DNA of 63,167 nt, filler included, from Globobulimina sp. (GCA_003354225.1; 53 parts of 53 records of this genome joined end to end with filler, not necessarily neighbours in it), one strand, 5' to 3'. Positions 11,407 through 24,303 are shown, numbered from the whole stretch's first letter. Program-made: numbers and translations. The notes: generated by a model from the letters alone, not told the origin.

Positions 11407-11480
11407 TGCTTTTCTTTTTATTTTCACGGTTGACACTAAAAAACGTTGAGCCAAAAACAATTTTTAGCTTGTCGCTGTGT

Positions 11481-11850
11481 ATGTTGGTAGGACAGTGTTT
11501 ATTACACAAGCATGGAATAAATGGAAGGCATACATCGACGCTTATTACAGATCCACCACGTCCACGATGGCCAGAAGAATTCTACTCGCCCTGGTTTTGG
11601 TATGAAGCATTTGTTGATGGAATGGGTTTATCTGGACCTTGCATATGGACATATAATGGAGAGAGAATGTATTTAAATATCACTGGTGATGCTGTTGAAC
11701 AATTGGTTGTTGGCAATAGATTTTATCAATGGCACACTCCATTTCCTCATTTGTGTACATCCATTGAAGTGAATTATCCTTTATTACAACACTGGTTTGA
11801 TAATGCATCATTTGTTGGATATGGAACAAACAATAATTCCACCTTAAATT
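11481..11850 (+). CDS. Secreted ependymin-related/LolA-fold-like protein (3' partial)
   Basis: PPRPRWPEEF start, aromatic beta strands, C-x8-L..WFDNASFVG; family inferred. Confidence 0.35.
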
Positions 11851-11952
11851 NNNNNNNNNNNNNNNNNNNNNNNNNNNNNNNNNNNNNNNNNNNNTTAATT
11901 AATTAANNNNNNNNNNNNNNNNNNNNNNNNNNNNNNNNNNNNNNNNNNNNCA

Positions 11953-13045
11953 AAGATTTATGGAAATACATTTTTGCCGATAATGACAATTGATAACAAT
12001 GAGTTTATTCCAAATTCACCAAATGAACAGCTTGGATTTGATGATTATTCGGTATGGTCATTGGATGTAAAACATTGCAAAAAATATAAAAACCGATTTT
12101 TTCTTGGATTTGGGTCAAACACTCATTTTCTGCGAGTATTTAAAGTGTACATTAATGATTATAATAAGACCGGAGAATGGTTAATATCATCATTGATTAA
12201 TGGAGCTCATGGCAACAATGTGCCGGATCTTTCTTTCTCCGACGATAATTTATATGTTTCTACAGTTTGTATTGATGGCACGTTGAGAATATGGAAAAAT
12301 TGTAATTTTGACAAACATGATGAAAATGATGAGCATATTTCACGAGTTATATCGAACGAAGAACCTGTGATTACATATAAAATGACCTCCAGTCAACTTT
12401 TATGGAGTGTTGTATGGATTGATTTAAATTCTATCGCATCAAAAAAAGAAGAAATATCTCCAACAATCAATATCAAAAAGCTTCATAGAATTGGAAATAA
12501 ATTTAATTCGTTAAAAAATAAATTGAAACATCGTAGAAAAAATAGCAATGAAAATGGGAGCGACAATAAAGCGAAAGAATCAACATCTGCGTATGTTGAT
12601 ATTTTTAATTTTGACCCATCAGCGGCAGATTGTGCAGATCCATATGAATCCAAAGAGGAAATAAATATAAGCAGTCGTTTATTGATGGTGGGCAGTGAAA
12701 CGAAATTGTATTTGTTTGAAATGAGTGTTGATAGGAATAAAATGAATATCATTGATGTGCAATATGAGATAAATAAAGTGTTATCGATCAATAACATTTA
12801 TAACATAGATAAACATTATATGAATAGAACGATGAGCGATCGATTACAATTTTTAAGATATATACCAGAATTGTCAATGATTATTTGCGCGTCGTCTGCT
12901 TATCCATGCATTGCAATATTAACATTATATAAAGATAATAATAATAATTATAATTATAAACATCATGGATTTTATCCACAAAATTGGATGACATTAAATT
13001 TTGAATGTAAAAATTGTTTATTTGTTGCTGGGATGGAAATTATTC
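11953..13045 (+). CDS. WD40-like protein resembling the CRT10 family (partial)
   Basis: WSLDV, GSNTH, HGNNVPDLSF, IDGTLRIW, DRL...IPELSMII. Confidence 0.55.
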
Positions 13046-13145
13046 NNNNNNNNNNNNNNNNNNNNNNNNNNNNNNNNNNNNNNNNNNNNTTAATTAATTA
13101 ANNNNNNNNNNNNNNNNNNNNNNNNNNNNNNNNNNNNNNNNNNNN

Positions 13146-14117
13146 AAATATCAACAAGAAGAAAATTCTAATACCATTTCAAATTATATGTATCAGCTCA
13201 AACAAGAGATATCTTCATTGTTAATTCTCTTTGTTTTTTATAACTATGTCATATGTAATATATACAAACCACACAGGAAACAACAAATAAATAACATAAC
13301 CGAACCACATATACAAACCGAACCAATTTCCGATTTCAAAAAATATTTCATGGACAAACTGGTAAACATTCAGGCTGATGTAAGAAAATTGAATATTTTA
13401 CATCAAGAAATTGAAAATACGAAGAAAACAAAAGTTCCCAAAGTTGAAATAAAAGGATTAGAAAAAAGAATAGAAATTTGGGACACATTTATGATACAAC
13501 AAAACGAGATGAATGATAATTTATTAAAATTACTGCAACAAAATAAAGAAAATATGAATTATGTTATCCATGATAAAGAAAATCAACATGTACGTAATGA
13601 TAATGACAGAGCAGATTTTACAGTTCGAGTGTTATATCATAGCGAAATAATGACATCGTCATATACCAAAAGTATACAAAGTAAAATATTTTATTTTTTA
13701 ACTCGGAAATATGATCAAAATGTCATCCGACCGACGGGAAGAAGTGGCGATTGTACTCCGCTCAAACAAAATGATGATACATATATTATTGTTAAATTAA
13801 GGAAAGAAATCTCAGTCAGTGGTGTAACCGTTGAATATATTAAGCCGAGTTTATTAAATAATGATATAAGGAGCGCTCCAAAAAATATGAGTGTGGAGTT
13901 CAGTAGAGATGGGTCTCATTATTATAATGTTTTTGCAAAAAAAGATTCTTATTTAATGAATTATCCATTGGTTGATGGAGCTGCAAACTATTTTAAATTT
14001 GATAGAAAAACAAAGGAGAAATATTCATTTGTAAAATTAAATATAATCTCAAATCATGGTGCACAGTATTCGTGTGTATATCGGGTACAGGTCCATGGCG
14101 ATCCGTATCCAAAGTAA
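13146..14117 (+). CDS. SUN (Sad1/UNC-84) domain protein (5' partial)
   Basis: Coiled coil then GDCTPL..IIVKL..VSGVTVEY..SAPKNM..KLNIISNHGAQYSCVYRVQVHG. Confidence 0.9.
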   Translation, partial: KYQQEENSNTISNYMYQLKQEISSLLILFVFYNYVICNIYKPHRKQQINNITEPHIQTEPISDFKKYFMDKLVNIQADVRKLNILHQEIENTKKTKVPKVEIKGLEKRIEIWDTFMIQQNEMNDNLLKLLQQNKENMNYVIHDKENQHVRNDNDRADFTVRVLYHSEIMTSSYTKSIQSKIFYFLTRKYDQNVIRPTGRSGDCTPLKQNDDTYIIVKLRKEISVSGVTVEYIKPSLLNNDIRSAPKNMSVEFSRDGSHYYNVFAKKDSYLMNYPLVDGAANYFKFDRKTKEKYSFVKLNIISNHGAQYSCVYRVQVHGDPYPK

Positions 14118-14339
14118 ATTTTAAAAATTGTGTATTTGAGTTTCATTGTTTATTTAAATTATTGTAATTAGTGTAAATTATAGTTGCATGGGTGTTGTTA
14201 TTCGGAAACAATGAAAAAGAGTTTTTTTTTAGCTGAGCTNNNNNNNNNNNNNNNNNNNNNNNNNNNNNNNNNNNNNNNNNNNNTTAATTAATTAANNNNN
14301 NNNNNNNNNNNNNNNNNNNNNNNNNNNNNNNNNNNNNNN

Positions 14340-14470
14340 ATGAACTCCTCTTGATATTGCACTGGATATTCACTCCAAGTTCCACCGAGAACTAACAACT
14401 CGATCTTATCCACACAATGTCCATTCACATAATAAGTCCATAGCCGCGCATAAAACTGCTCCATTGCCCG
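14340..14470 (-). CDS. Elp3-like radical SAM/acetyltransferase fragment
   Basis: QFYARL..NGHCVDKIELLVLGGTWSEYPVQYQEEF; no Elp3 sequence recognisable upstream in the contig. Confidence 0.75.
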
Positions 14471-15533
14471 GTGGCAATGTACCAATCACCACCAACAATG
14501 CCGCAAAATCGAAGCTACCACAACTTCCACCATAAGCTGCATTAGAATATGTACGTCACTCCGTTTTTCTTGTTCTTGGTCAACAATTGCAAGAAATTCA
14601 GAGTGTATTAATACATTTCTGTTGTATATATTTTGTTTATAAATATCGTCGCCAAAGCAATGTGATGACTCATGCTTTGCTATGAACATAAAGAGATGCA
14701 ATGTAACATAGCGTCGATATGGCACCATCCATAAACCAAATACACCAATCGTATGAAGAAGGAGCAGCAAAATATGGATCTCTACTAGAAGTAAACAACA
14801 TACCTGCAAACAATGTTATTTATACATATTATTATGACATCATCTTACAATCGAACATGCATAAATACTGCTTCTTTATATCATTGCAATTGATAAACTC
14901 ATGGGGGTATAATATTTCCATATCTAAACTTTGCATATGTTGGTCGCAAAGTGCTAGCGGTAACTAGATGTTATCATTCAATCATGGAACTACTTACTGA
15001 AATTTAGTGGAAATTCTAGAAGCACTTTTTTTTTGTTTTTCATCATGAAAATTACAAAAGCACTAAAGCTTCATAGTTATGCAACAAATCTAATCTCAGC
15101 TGCTTTATAATTATCATAATTCAACTGAAACCAATCAAAAATATACAAAACAAAATATACATCAAACCAATAGAAGAATATACCCAAAAATATATTTGTC
15201 GATCAATAGAAAAAATATGAATTAACAACAATATTAATAAATCATGGTCGAGTCAGAGGAGTATATAATTAAATACATTTAATTTATAATTGTTGTTTTG
15301 CAAAGGCGAGCGGGAAGGAGCTCGAGTCCCTATTCATATTTTTCCTGCCTTCGCCGGTACGTACTCTGTATTCATTGATTTGAATATCTATTCTTTTTTG
15401 TCTTTCATCATCGTCACGCAATTTGATTAGCGGNNNNNNNNNNNNNNNNNNNNNNNNNNNNNNNNNNNNNNNNNNNNTTAATTAATTAANNNNNNNNNNN
15501 NNNNNNNNNNNNNNNNNNNNNNNNNNNNNNNNN

Positions 15534-16065
15534 TATATATATATATCGAATGTTTAATTGCTGAAAACGACATTGTATGCCATGATGTCATTGTTTCTAT
15601 CGGATAATCCATCCATTTCTTCCATTTGTCGTGCAATAAATCATATTTATATAATCCATGACTTACATAATGCTCATCTTTCCATGTCGACGCAATGAAT
15701 GTATTCTTATGTAAAACAACACTGAAATTTGTATCTTTTACAGGGAATTTACATAATTTTATCCAATTTGCATTCGATTTGTGTGCTATTACTTTTTTTA
15801 TATGCTCTTTTTGTGTAAATAATCCATGATTTGGTTTGCATGAAAATAAGCCTTTTCCATCATGTCCGTCAGGGATTGCTTCGTCTAAACTCAATCCAAC
15901 TACTTTATGTTTTATGGTTGGAACATATCCCATATATTTTACTGTGCCAATTGCGGACTGTTTACAGTTATTAACGTTGATTTGTATACGTATCCTATCA
16001 CCTATGGAAACATTTAGTATTGTGTTATTTTTCACTGATTTGGGTAGATTTGGTGCGGTGTGCAT
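15534..16065 (-). CDS. CAP-Gly domain plus kelch-like repeat protein (3' partial)
   Basis: IGDRI..GTVKYMG..VGLSLDE..GHDG..FSCKPNHGLF, then GLYKYD..DKWKKWMDYP. Confidence 0.75.
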
Positions 16066-16727
16066 TGTTATATTTTGTTTGCCATTTTCTCTGGTTGGGT
16101 AACTTCAAAAGTTGTCATCGGATTTTAAACGACGTACATGTACAAATTTGTCTGCAACAATGAAATCAACCAAATCTGAACATGTCAAAAACAAAATGTG
16201 CATGTTCTAAATCTGACATCGTATATACAAAAATTAAGAATATTCGAGTCGAGACAAAACAATTAAGAATTTCAATAAATATTTTAACACAAACACAAAC
16301 ACTATAAAATAAAAAGATTAGAGAGTTTAAATTAAACGCAAAAAAAAGATATATATTCATCAAGAATACTAATTTAATATTCTTGTATTTCATAGCAAAC
16401 ACCAAAATATTAAAAATACATTCATACAAAAACAATAAAATGAAGCAAAAAAAAAACACGAAAACGAAACAAAAAAAAAACAAAAAAACAAAAAAACAAA
16501 CAAACAAAACAAAAAAAATCAAAAATCCCATTGGGAATTCCCGTTTTGCAGATTCCATGAGTTCTATATGGAAGTTCCCATTCCCATTCCCAGTACCCCC
16601 CCCCCTGTGTGAAACGAAACCTGAGTTNNNNNNNNNNNNNNNNNNNNNNNNNNNNNNNNNNNNNNNNNNNNTTAATTAATTAANNNNNNNNNNNNNNNNN
16701 NNNNNNNNNNNNNNNNNNNNNNNNNNN

Positions 16728-17762
16728 CGCAAAGTTCGTAGCAACCTCTGATTGCCAGCTTGTCGACAATGGCCCATAGAACTGGTTCACTAAACCCTTT
16801 GTGTTGAATAAACGATCCAATCCATGGTACAATGTGCTGTCACAAAAAAATGAATTAAATTGGTACAACTCGTTGGAAATTTCAATTTTAATAAATATCA
16901 GACTCAAATCTGTAGCCCAATGATAAAATTGTTGTCTTCTGTCATCAATCCTATCATCACCGCTTTTTGTCTTTTTCCTAAAAGCTTTACGGAAATTATT
17001 CTGTAGCTCATTAGTATCTGTATACATTTTGATGCATAGAATTTCATGCGCTGATAAATTGTATTTGGATGTGTTTCGATTCTGATCCGCTATAATCACG
17101 GCTTGATACCGTATCGTATTAAATTCACTTTCGCCAATTGCAAAAAAATCATTCCTTAACCATTCCTGTTCAGAATCGCCAAATTTTGGTAACACATTCC
17201 ATTCAGAAACATGTTCTCCAAAATCAAATTCAATCAAATTAACATATTCGTTGATTCCGTATTTCAATAAATAATATTCATCTGTTTTAAATGCATTATT
17301 TTGAAAAAATACATAAATATTTGAGTTTATATTGGTGGTATCACCGATTACATGGTCAAATAGGTCCATATAAATCGCATCTGAGTCATATTCCTCACTC
17401 TCACAAAATGATATAAATGATCTGCTCAATGTATCCATAAACAAGGCATCCGTCATTTTGTTTTGTTGTGGATTGTCTGTTAATGGTTGGTTCATTGGCA
17501 CTGATTCTCTGTAATGTGATTCCTTATGCAATGTCCGAACATGAATAAGATCCAATAATTCCATTTTTGAATATTCCCCAATTGTCATGTGCTGTAAATA
17601 AATGTTTGGGTTTTTTCTTGCCGTTTTGGACAATAATCTGTCCCTATAATTTCGTGTTGAAATATGATTTGTTAATACTTCAAAAACTTTTTTTAAAAAT
17701 ATTGTCCTGTTGAATATCATATGATATATCCAATAATTGAGACAATACGCGATCTTTGACAA
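16728..17762 (-). CDS. ART-fold-like family protein (partial)
   Basis: IKMYTDTNELQNNFRKAFR, FYHW, TLYHGL, FYGPLSTSWQSEVATNFA. Confidence 0.65.
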
Positions 17763-17941
17763 TCACATTCAAGAATTGTTTCATTTCTCTTTGTTGCCCG
17801 TCATTATTAATATGGTTTACANNNNNNNNNNNNNNNNNNNNNNNNNNNNNNNNNNNNNNNNNNNNTTAATTAATTAANNNNNNNNNNNNNNNNNNNNNNN
17901 NNNNNNNNNNNNNNNNNNNNNTAGGGGAGGGGTTTGTTGTT

Positions 17942-18517
17942 TTACAAAAGGGGGGTGTCACAGTCAGCTTGTGTTGCTACGAAATGCAAAACGATTTGCA
18001 ACGAATCACAGGCTCTGGTCCTTGCACAATTTAACTCAAAACCTGCGCTTGCGTCCTCGATGATAATCACTGCATTCTGACACGAATATTTCCCGTTACA
18101 TGAAACCTGCGTAATTGCTTTGCCATAAATTCTTGTATCAGCACAAGATTGGCCGCCGTTGCAATGAATCGCGCCACCGATAATGTTAATGTTTTGTACC
18201 CCAAAGGCACCAATCCAACCTGCAGTAAAACGTTGACATGGAGCTGTGTCGGAACCGCATGTAATGGCAGAACATAAACAACAATCATTTGGTCGGTCAC
18301 AATTTACGACGTCTGAAGAGGCAGTAACTGCATCGGTTGGTGTGGCACATATTACCGCTCCTGCTTCCGGATAAGGACATAATTGATCAAATGCGCCATA
18401 TATATGGCCAGGAGGTGGCACTGGTAATATGGTATTTGGACTACCGCCTTGAAGTAAATGTCGATTTCCCAATGATAACTGGTAAATAGTGCTCAATAAT
18501 GCCACTATTTTAATCAT
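17942..18517 (-). CDS. Secreted Cys-rich repeat protein
   Basis: Signal peptide MIKIVALL..., RHLLQ, repeats C-x4-SC-x4-I. Confidence 0.65.
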   Translation of the reverse strand: MIKIVALLSTIYQLSLGNRHLLQGGSPNTILPVPPPGHIYGAFDQLCPYPEAGAVICATPTDAVTASSDVVNCDRPNDCCLCSAITCGSDTAPCQRFTAGWIGAFGVQNINIIGGAIHCNGGQSCADTRIYGKAITQVSCNGKYSCQNAVIIIEDASAGFELNCARTRACDSLQIVLHFVATQADCDTPLL

Positions 18518-18666
18518 TGTTACTATTTTGATTCTAGGTTGACGTCTATGCAAATTAAAGGATGCTTTGATGGTTTTACTTCACAAAAACTGTAATCAGT
18601 AACATGTCACTCATATCACAAATAGATGCAATCATAAGCCAATTCGATCGTACTTCTGGCCAAACA

Positions 18667-19015
18667 ATGCCAGAAACGAAATGTGATGTTATAGTTGATG
18701 AGAAAACATGTATTTCATGCACACAAACAGTATGTTTCCATAATGTTTTAACAGCTAACTATACGTTTTCATGATGTTTTAACAGCAATTGCCAGGTTGG
18801 TCATACTCATTCGATGTAACAGATATTTTATATTCAAAGAAATCAAAATTCCAAGACATTAAAATTGTGGAATCTCCAGTATTTGATAGATGCTTAATAA
18901 TTGATGGTGAAATCCAGTCCTCTGTCAAGGATGAATTTATTTATCACGAATCATTGGTTCATCCCGCAATGATTAGCCATCCAAATCCACAAAATATTTT
19001 CATTGGAGGCGGTGG
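18667..19015 (+). CDS. Polyamine aminopropyltransferase (spermidine/thermospermine synthase, ACL5-like); intron 18730-18785; 3' partial
   Basis: KSKFQDI, IDGEIQSSVKDEFIYHESLVHPAMISHPNPQNIFIGGG. Confidence 0.9.
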
Positions 19016-19143
19016 NNNNNNNNNNNNNNNNNNNNNNNNNNNNNNNNNNNNNNNNNNNNTTAATTAATTAANNNNNNNNNNNNNNNNNNNNNNNNNNNNN
19101 NNNNNNNNNNNNNNNACTTTTTCAGTTTTTTTACCAGTAGAAA

Positions 19144-20209
19144 ATGCATGACTCATTTGGCATGGAATCGAAATATAAATTATCCATTCGAATACCACGC
19201 AAACCGATATTATCTGTTATCGATGGCGCGGTCAAATTGGCCACCAGACCCAATTATATTTGTGGGCGGAAATTGCGAATGTCGTACGGTATCGCGGTAG
19301 ATCGCCGTTTGGTTGATATCGACCAAACTAAGTTACCGGCAAATTATTTACAAACACACACTTTCAGTACAAAATCGGGCATAAAAACTGTGTCTGGATT
19401 ATTTAGTAAATTTATATCAAAAAATGATTTGGTGCGCATGAACGAGCCAATCGAACAAGAATATACACGGTTTTCTTTGAATGAGAGGAAGAAAATCATC
19501 AAAATATATTGCTCGCATTTAAAAGATCCCTACGTTGTTTCTGGCGAACCTTTGGCTGAGTTAGCTATATATTTTCGAGCAAATTACAATGAATTAAAAT
19601 TTAAGATAAAGTTATATTTTGGTACTACACGGATTCGGGTATTTGCAATGAATGAAGAATTACAATTAAATTATAAATTTTATAATACTTCGAAATATGT
19701 CGAAGCAAAAAAAGCTCCGACGCCAATTATTGATGATATTAAAATGAATAAAAAAGAGTTAAAAATGGAGATCTATGTTGATTGTGCCGGTTATGATGAC
19801 ATTGATGTTAAAGCATGGTTTGAAATTCAAATAAATGATGATAATTACAAACATGATACAAGATATGATAAGTTATCCATAATTTTATCTGGTTTAAGTG
19901 TTGGAATTGAGTATAAAATCAAAGTAAAATGTATTAATGGTACATCTGAAACTCATTCGGAAATATTTACTAAAAAACGCATTATGTTTACAAGAAAACC
20001 GCCGCAACCAAAAATATTGAAAACAGAAGCATTAGACAGCAAAATATATTTAAAATATGGGTGTTTGGGTTATAATGTGAATGAAAATGATATTGATTAT
20101 AAATTTAAAGTAATTGCATTGAATAATAACTTCAAAATCGAAAGTGATTGGACAGAACCAGTTCAATTGGCAAAAAATAAAACACCCACTATTTACCGCC
20201 AAGAAAAGC
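19144..20209 (+). CDS. HSPA12-like Hsp70 C-terminal part followed by fibronectin-III-like domains (partial)
   Basis: PILSVIDGAV...R.LRMSYGI...LYFGTTRIRV, then LSGLSVGIEYKIKVKCING; in-frame TAG at 19138 may be a splice acceptor or a nonsense change. Confidence 0.65.
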
Positions 20210-20309
20210 NNNNNNNNNNNNNNNNNNNNNNNNNNNNNNNNNNNNNNNNNNNNTTAATTAATTAANNNNNNNNNNNNNNNNNNNNNNNNNNNNNNNNNNN
20301 NNNNNNNNN

Positions 20310-20439
20310 ATAAAACAATCAATTCGTTTGGAAATAATACATATTGATCCTGATCATTTATACCATATTCAGACCTAATGTATCCATGTACAGTGAGCAA
20401 ATCTTTTATTTGATACGACTTTGGCGATGATTTCTTCAT
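20310..20439 (-). CDS. N-terminus of a GYIR-motif protein
   Basis: LLTVHGYIR...FPNELIVL. Confidence 0.5.
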
Positions 20440-20522
20440 TATTGTATCTTGGAAGTCGAAGAGCCCATCATTTCACAAGTAAGAAAACTATCTACGGGAC
20501 AAAAACTTAAAACAAAATTCAC

Positions 20523-21401
20523 TTAATGTTGTTTTGCATTTAGTCCATTTATTATGGCGGAATTATACGCAGACAAAGAATCGGATTGTTGCTCATCACA
20601 TTCTGGCCAATTCCATAAAAACGAACCATCAACAAGTCCTTGAGCATATTGTGCACTTTGTTCTGAACTCCAACCAGGCACAATATATTCACTTCCATTG
20701 GTAACACCAATCGAATTTGAATTCTTATCAATGTCATCAATCCATGATTGTAGATAACCGGCGTTACTATCACCACCAGAATAACATTGCACATTCCACC
20801 AACTTATCAATTGCTTACCTTCCGCTTTGTATATATTTTCAAGACATTGTATCCATAAATTAACACTGGTATAGGCGGAAAACGTTTGAATTCGCACCCC
20901 GTTTGAATAGAATGTCTGAGATAAATCTACAATTACATTAATTATCTCATTATCACTCTGTCCGCCAAATTCCTCATTATCAAAATCAAATCCATCAATA
21001 CCTAAATCTATCAGCACTTTGAAATTCGCAATCAAACTATTTTTACTCTCTGTATTTTTGAAAATATTTAAACTCTGTTTCCACCGCTTCCGACACAAAA
21101 TAATACATTTTTCACTGTGCTGTTAATTTTGTCTCAACTTGTCAATATAGGATTTTATATCAACAGCTCCCTTTGGACCCCAGTAAGATTCATTTAATGT
21201 ACCATTGGATGCAATAACATGTCCATCATAACTTAAATCAGCAGTAGTATTGTCATGGAGATGGATTGTCCAAAGGATAACTGTGTTAAATCCAGATTCA
21301 GTAATTTCAGTTAATACAGCTGGAGTTGATTGCCCTGGTGATCCAAGTAAGCCAGCCGCATATAATGGCAAATTATAGTCACTGTAAACTATATTTACAA
21401 T
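20523..21401 (-). pseudogene. GH18-like glycoside hydrolase, frameshifted
   Basis: FNTVILWTIH and DGFDFDNEE (DxDxE); the linking peptide NSTVKNVLFCVGSGG lies in another frame, implying two frameshifts near 21075-21130. Confidence 0.7.
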
Positions 21402-21503
21402 CANNNNNNNNNNNNNNNNNNNNNNNNNNNNNNNNNNNNNNNNNNNNTTAATTAATTAANNNNNNNNNNNNNNNNNNNNNNNNNNNNNNNNNNNNNNNNN
21501 NNN

Positions 21504-22429
21504 TAACAAAATATACGCAGTCAGCGAAGATATTTTATTGGAAACCAGCATTTTAAAATACCTACAACAGCAAGAAAATTGTGCCAAGTCCATGGTGACA
21601 TGCGAGCAATTTTTTAGAACGTACATCTCTTTCTTTTCTGACATCTGTCTGTTATCCCATCTGTCGGTGTACTTATTATAAAAATATATATCTAGTGACA
21701 CTGCGTACTATTTAGTAATGTCTGATGGTGGGAATTCTCTCTTTGAGTTCATGCAGAAGGCGCATCAATTAATAAGGGCCGGTAAAATCGAGATAAGTCA
21801 TTGGAAAAACGTTTGTAAAATAATATTCAAGCAAATGCTTGAATGCATCCAATTTCTTCATAGCCACAACGTTTGTCACTTTGACATCTCGTGTGAGAAT
21901 TTCCTAATTAATGATGTCCCCATTGAGATTGTGGCGGAGTGTGGAGATACACAGCAGCACAAAATTAGATTTTTAACGGACGATATTCAGCTCAGATTGT
22001 GTGACTTTGGTATGTATTTTATTGGTTTGCAAAGTGTATTTTATTATAAAACCTTAAATAATGACAGGATTAGCGCAGCTATTTATGGATAAGAAGTGTT
22101 TGAGCGATAAGTATGTCGGGAAAGCAAATTACAAATCCCCCGAAGTTGCGAATGAAAGCAAGAAATTTAATGCGCGACAAAATGATATTTGGTGCGTTGG
22201 CGTGTGTTTATGGATGATTTTGACGGGGAGTAATTTATGGAATGTAGCCGAAATATCAGATGTCATATTTGCTTATATTATTAATGGGCACTTAGGATTT
22301 CTGGTGGAAAATTGGAATATGCAGAGCTATGTTGATCGAGATGTGATTCATTTGTTTGAGTCTATATTTCAATACGAACAACATAGAGTTTGTTTAAATA
22401 AAATTAAAGAGCATACATGGCTCAGTTAA
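21504..22429 (+). CDS. Ser/Thr kinase (HFDISCEN type); introns 21621-21695 and 22010-22067; 5' partial
   Basis: HFDISCEN, DFG, YKSPE, NDIWCVG. Confidence 0.92.
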
Positions 22430-22763
22430 ATATTAAATATAATTTATATTATTATAAACTATATATTTATTATACAAATGCCTTGTTATATAATGTTTAT
22501 TTGTTTGATCTGTATTCGTTTATTAAATCTAAAGAATCTGTACATATTAATTCTATTCTATTTCGCTTGTTTTTTTTTGTTTTATATAATTATATAANNN
22601 NNNNNNNNNNNNNNNNNNNNNNNNNNNNNNNNNNNNNNNNNTTAATTAATTAANNNNNNNNNNNNNNNNNNNNNNNNNNNNNNNNNNNNNNNNNNNNCTA
22701 TAATTATAATTATTCTGTTATTTACATATAATATAAAATTGCAATGCAATCTATTAACATACA

Positions 22764-23560
22764 GTGATTATTACTATTTCTTGGTAATGGAAGATGGTGG
22801 AACTTCCTTATTTGATTTTATTGCTCGCGCTCATCGATTTGTGTCAATTGGCACAATTCAAATGTCCGAATGGCACAAAGTTATACAAATAATATTTAAA
22901 CAAATAATTGAATGCATTGAATTTATTCATTCAAAATACGTTTGCCATTTTGATATTTCTTTGGAGAATTTCGTGGTAAATGATGTTCAGGTAAAATGTG
23001 TAGAAAATAGTGATAAAATTGAATTTGTTAAAGAAGATATACAAATTAAATTATGCGGTATGTTTTTTTGTTGTTTTTGTTGTTTGTTGTTATACTCGCA
23101 TTTTTTACATATTTTTTGTTATACATATTTTTGTTACACATATTTGTTATACATATTTTTTTTATATTATTTAGATTTTGGTTTAGCAGAAATGTTTGAT
23201 GCTGCATTTCATTCAAATAAATGTGTTGGTAAACAGCCGTATAAATCGCCAGAGATTGTAAATAAGAAAAAAGATTTTGATGCAAAAGCAAATGATATTT
23301 GGTGTGTGGGAATAATGTTATTTATGATGGTAATTGGGAGCGGCCCATGGAGTGTTGCCAGTAAATCAGATAATCTCTTTATGGCTATATTTTATGGAGG
23401 ATACATTCGACAAATCTTAAAATCATGGAACAAACAGACATATGTCGATAATCATCTTATTGAATTATTTCAATTATTCTTTAGAAATGAAGATAAGCGA
23501 ATTACTATTCAAGATATTAAAAAACATCCATGGATTTTTAATTATAATTCGGAGTTATAA
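22764..23560 (+). CDS. Ser/Thr kinase (HFDISLEN type); intron 23058-23174; 5' partial
   Basis: HFDISLEN, spliced DFG, YKSPE, NDIWCVG; paralogue of the previous kinase. Confidence 0.92.
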
Positions 23561-24303
23561 GTATAGAGCCAGTATAAAAACTGGTTTGTAAAGTAAAATA
23601 CTTTTGGTTTGTAAATTAAATAATTAATTACTAGTAATATTATTGTATTTATTGTCGCCAGCCTCACATAAAAATTTTGTAATTGTTATTAAATAATAAT
23701 TGTATTATATATATATTTTTCTTGAAAGTATAATAACTTATATGAGTTTGTTTGTGTGTTTTTTATTATTTTTTTTTTTTTGGAGTGCCTGNNNNNNNNN
23801 NNNNNNNNNNNNNNNNNNNNNNNNNNNNNNNNNNNTTAATTAATTAANNNNNNNNNNNNNNNNNNNNNNNNNNNNNNNNNNNNNNNNNNNNGATATACTG
23901 CACTTTCAAATTAAATAAATATACAGTCATTTTCAAAGGTTGCGAACGTTTTCCTCCCTACGGAACAAGTACAGGTTTGGAAACACTTTTGTATATAATA
24001 TTAAATATTATCGTATGAGATATGTACTGATTCTGTACATATTTCATTTGAGAGTTGTCCCATTTATTAAATAATAAGAATTGAGATTGGAAAGGGTGGC
24101 AAACATTCCATTTGGTAATATGCAAAGACAAACCAACAAACAGCAACAATTTTTGGTTTCTGTTTGTAGCGGCACACCTACTATAAATCCGATAATTTAA
24201 GCTGTTTTTTAATCTTTGTCAAGTAACCTCAAAAGAGTCGTAAAAGTTGTGCAGTTGTGCGAGGATGGGATGCGTCAATGTTAAACGTCATTTATTAATT
24301 CAT

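Noticed and set aside
16166-16679. ORFs 16166-16558 and 16383-16679
   Set aside because: They translate a low-complexity A-rich tract.
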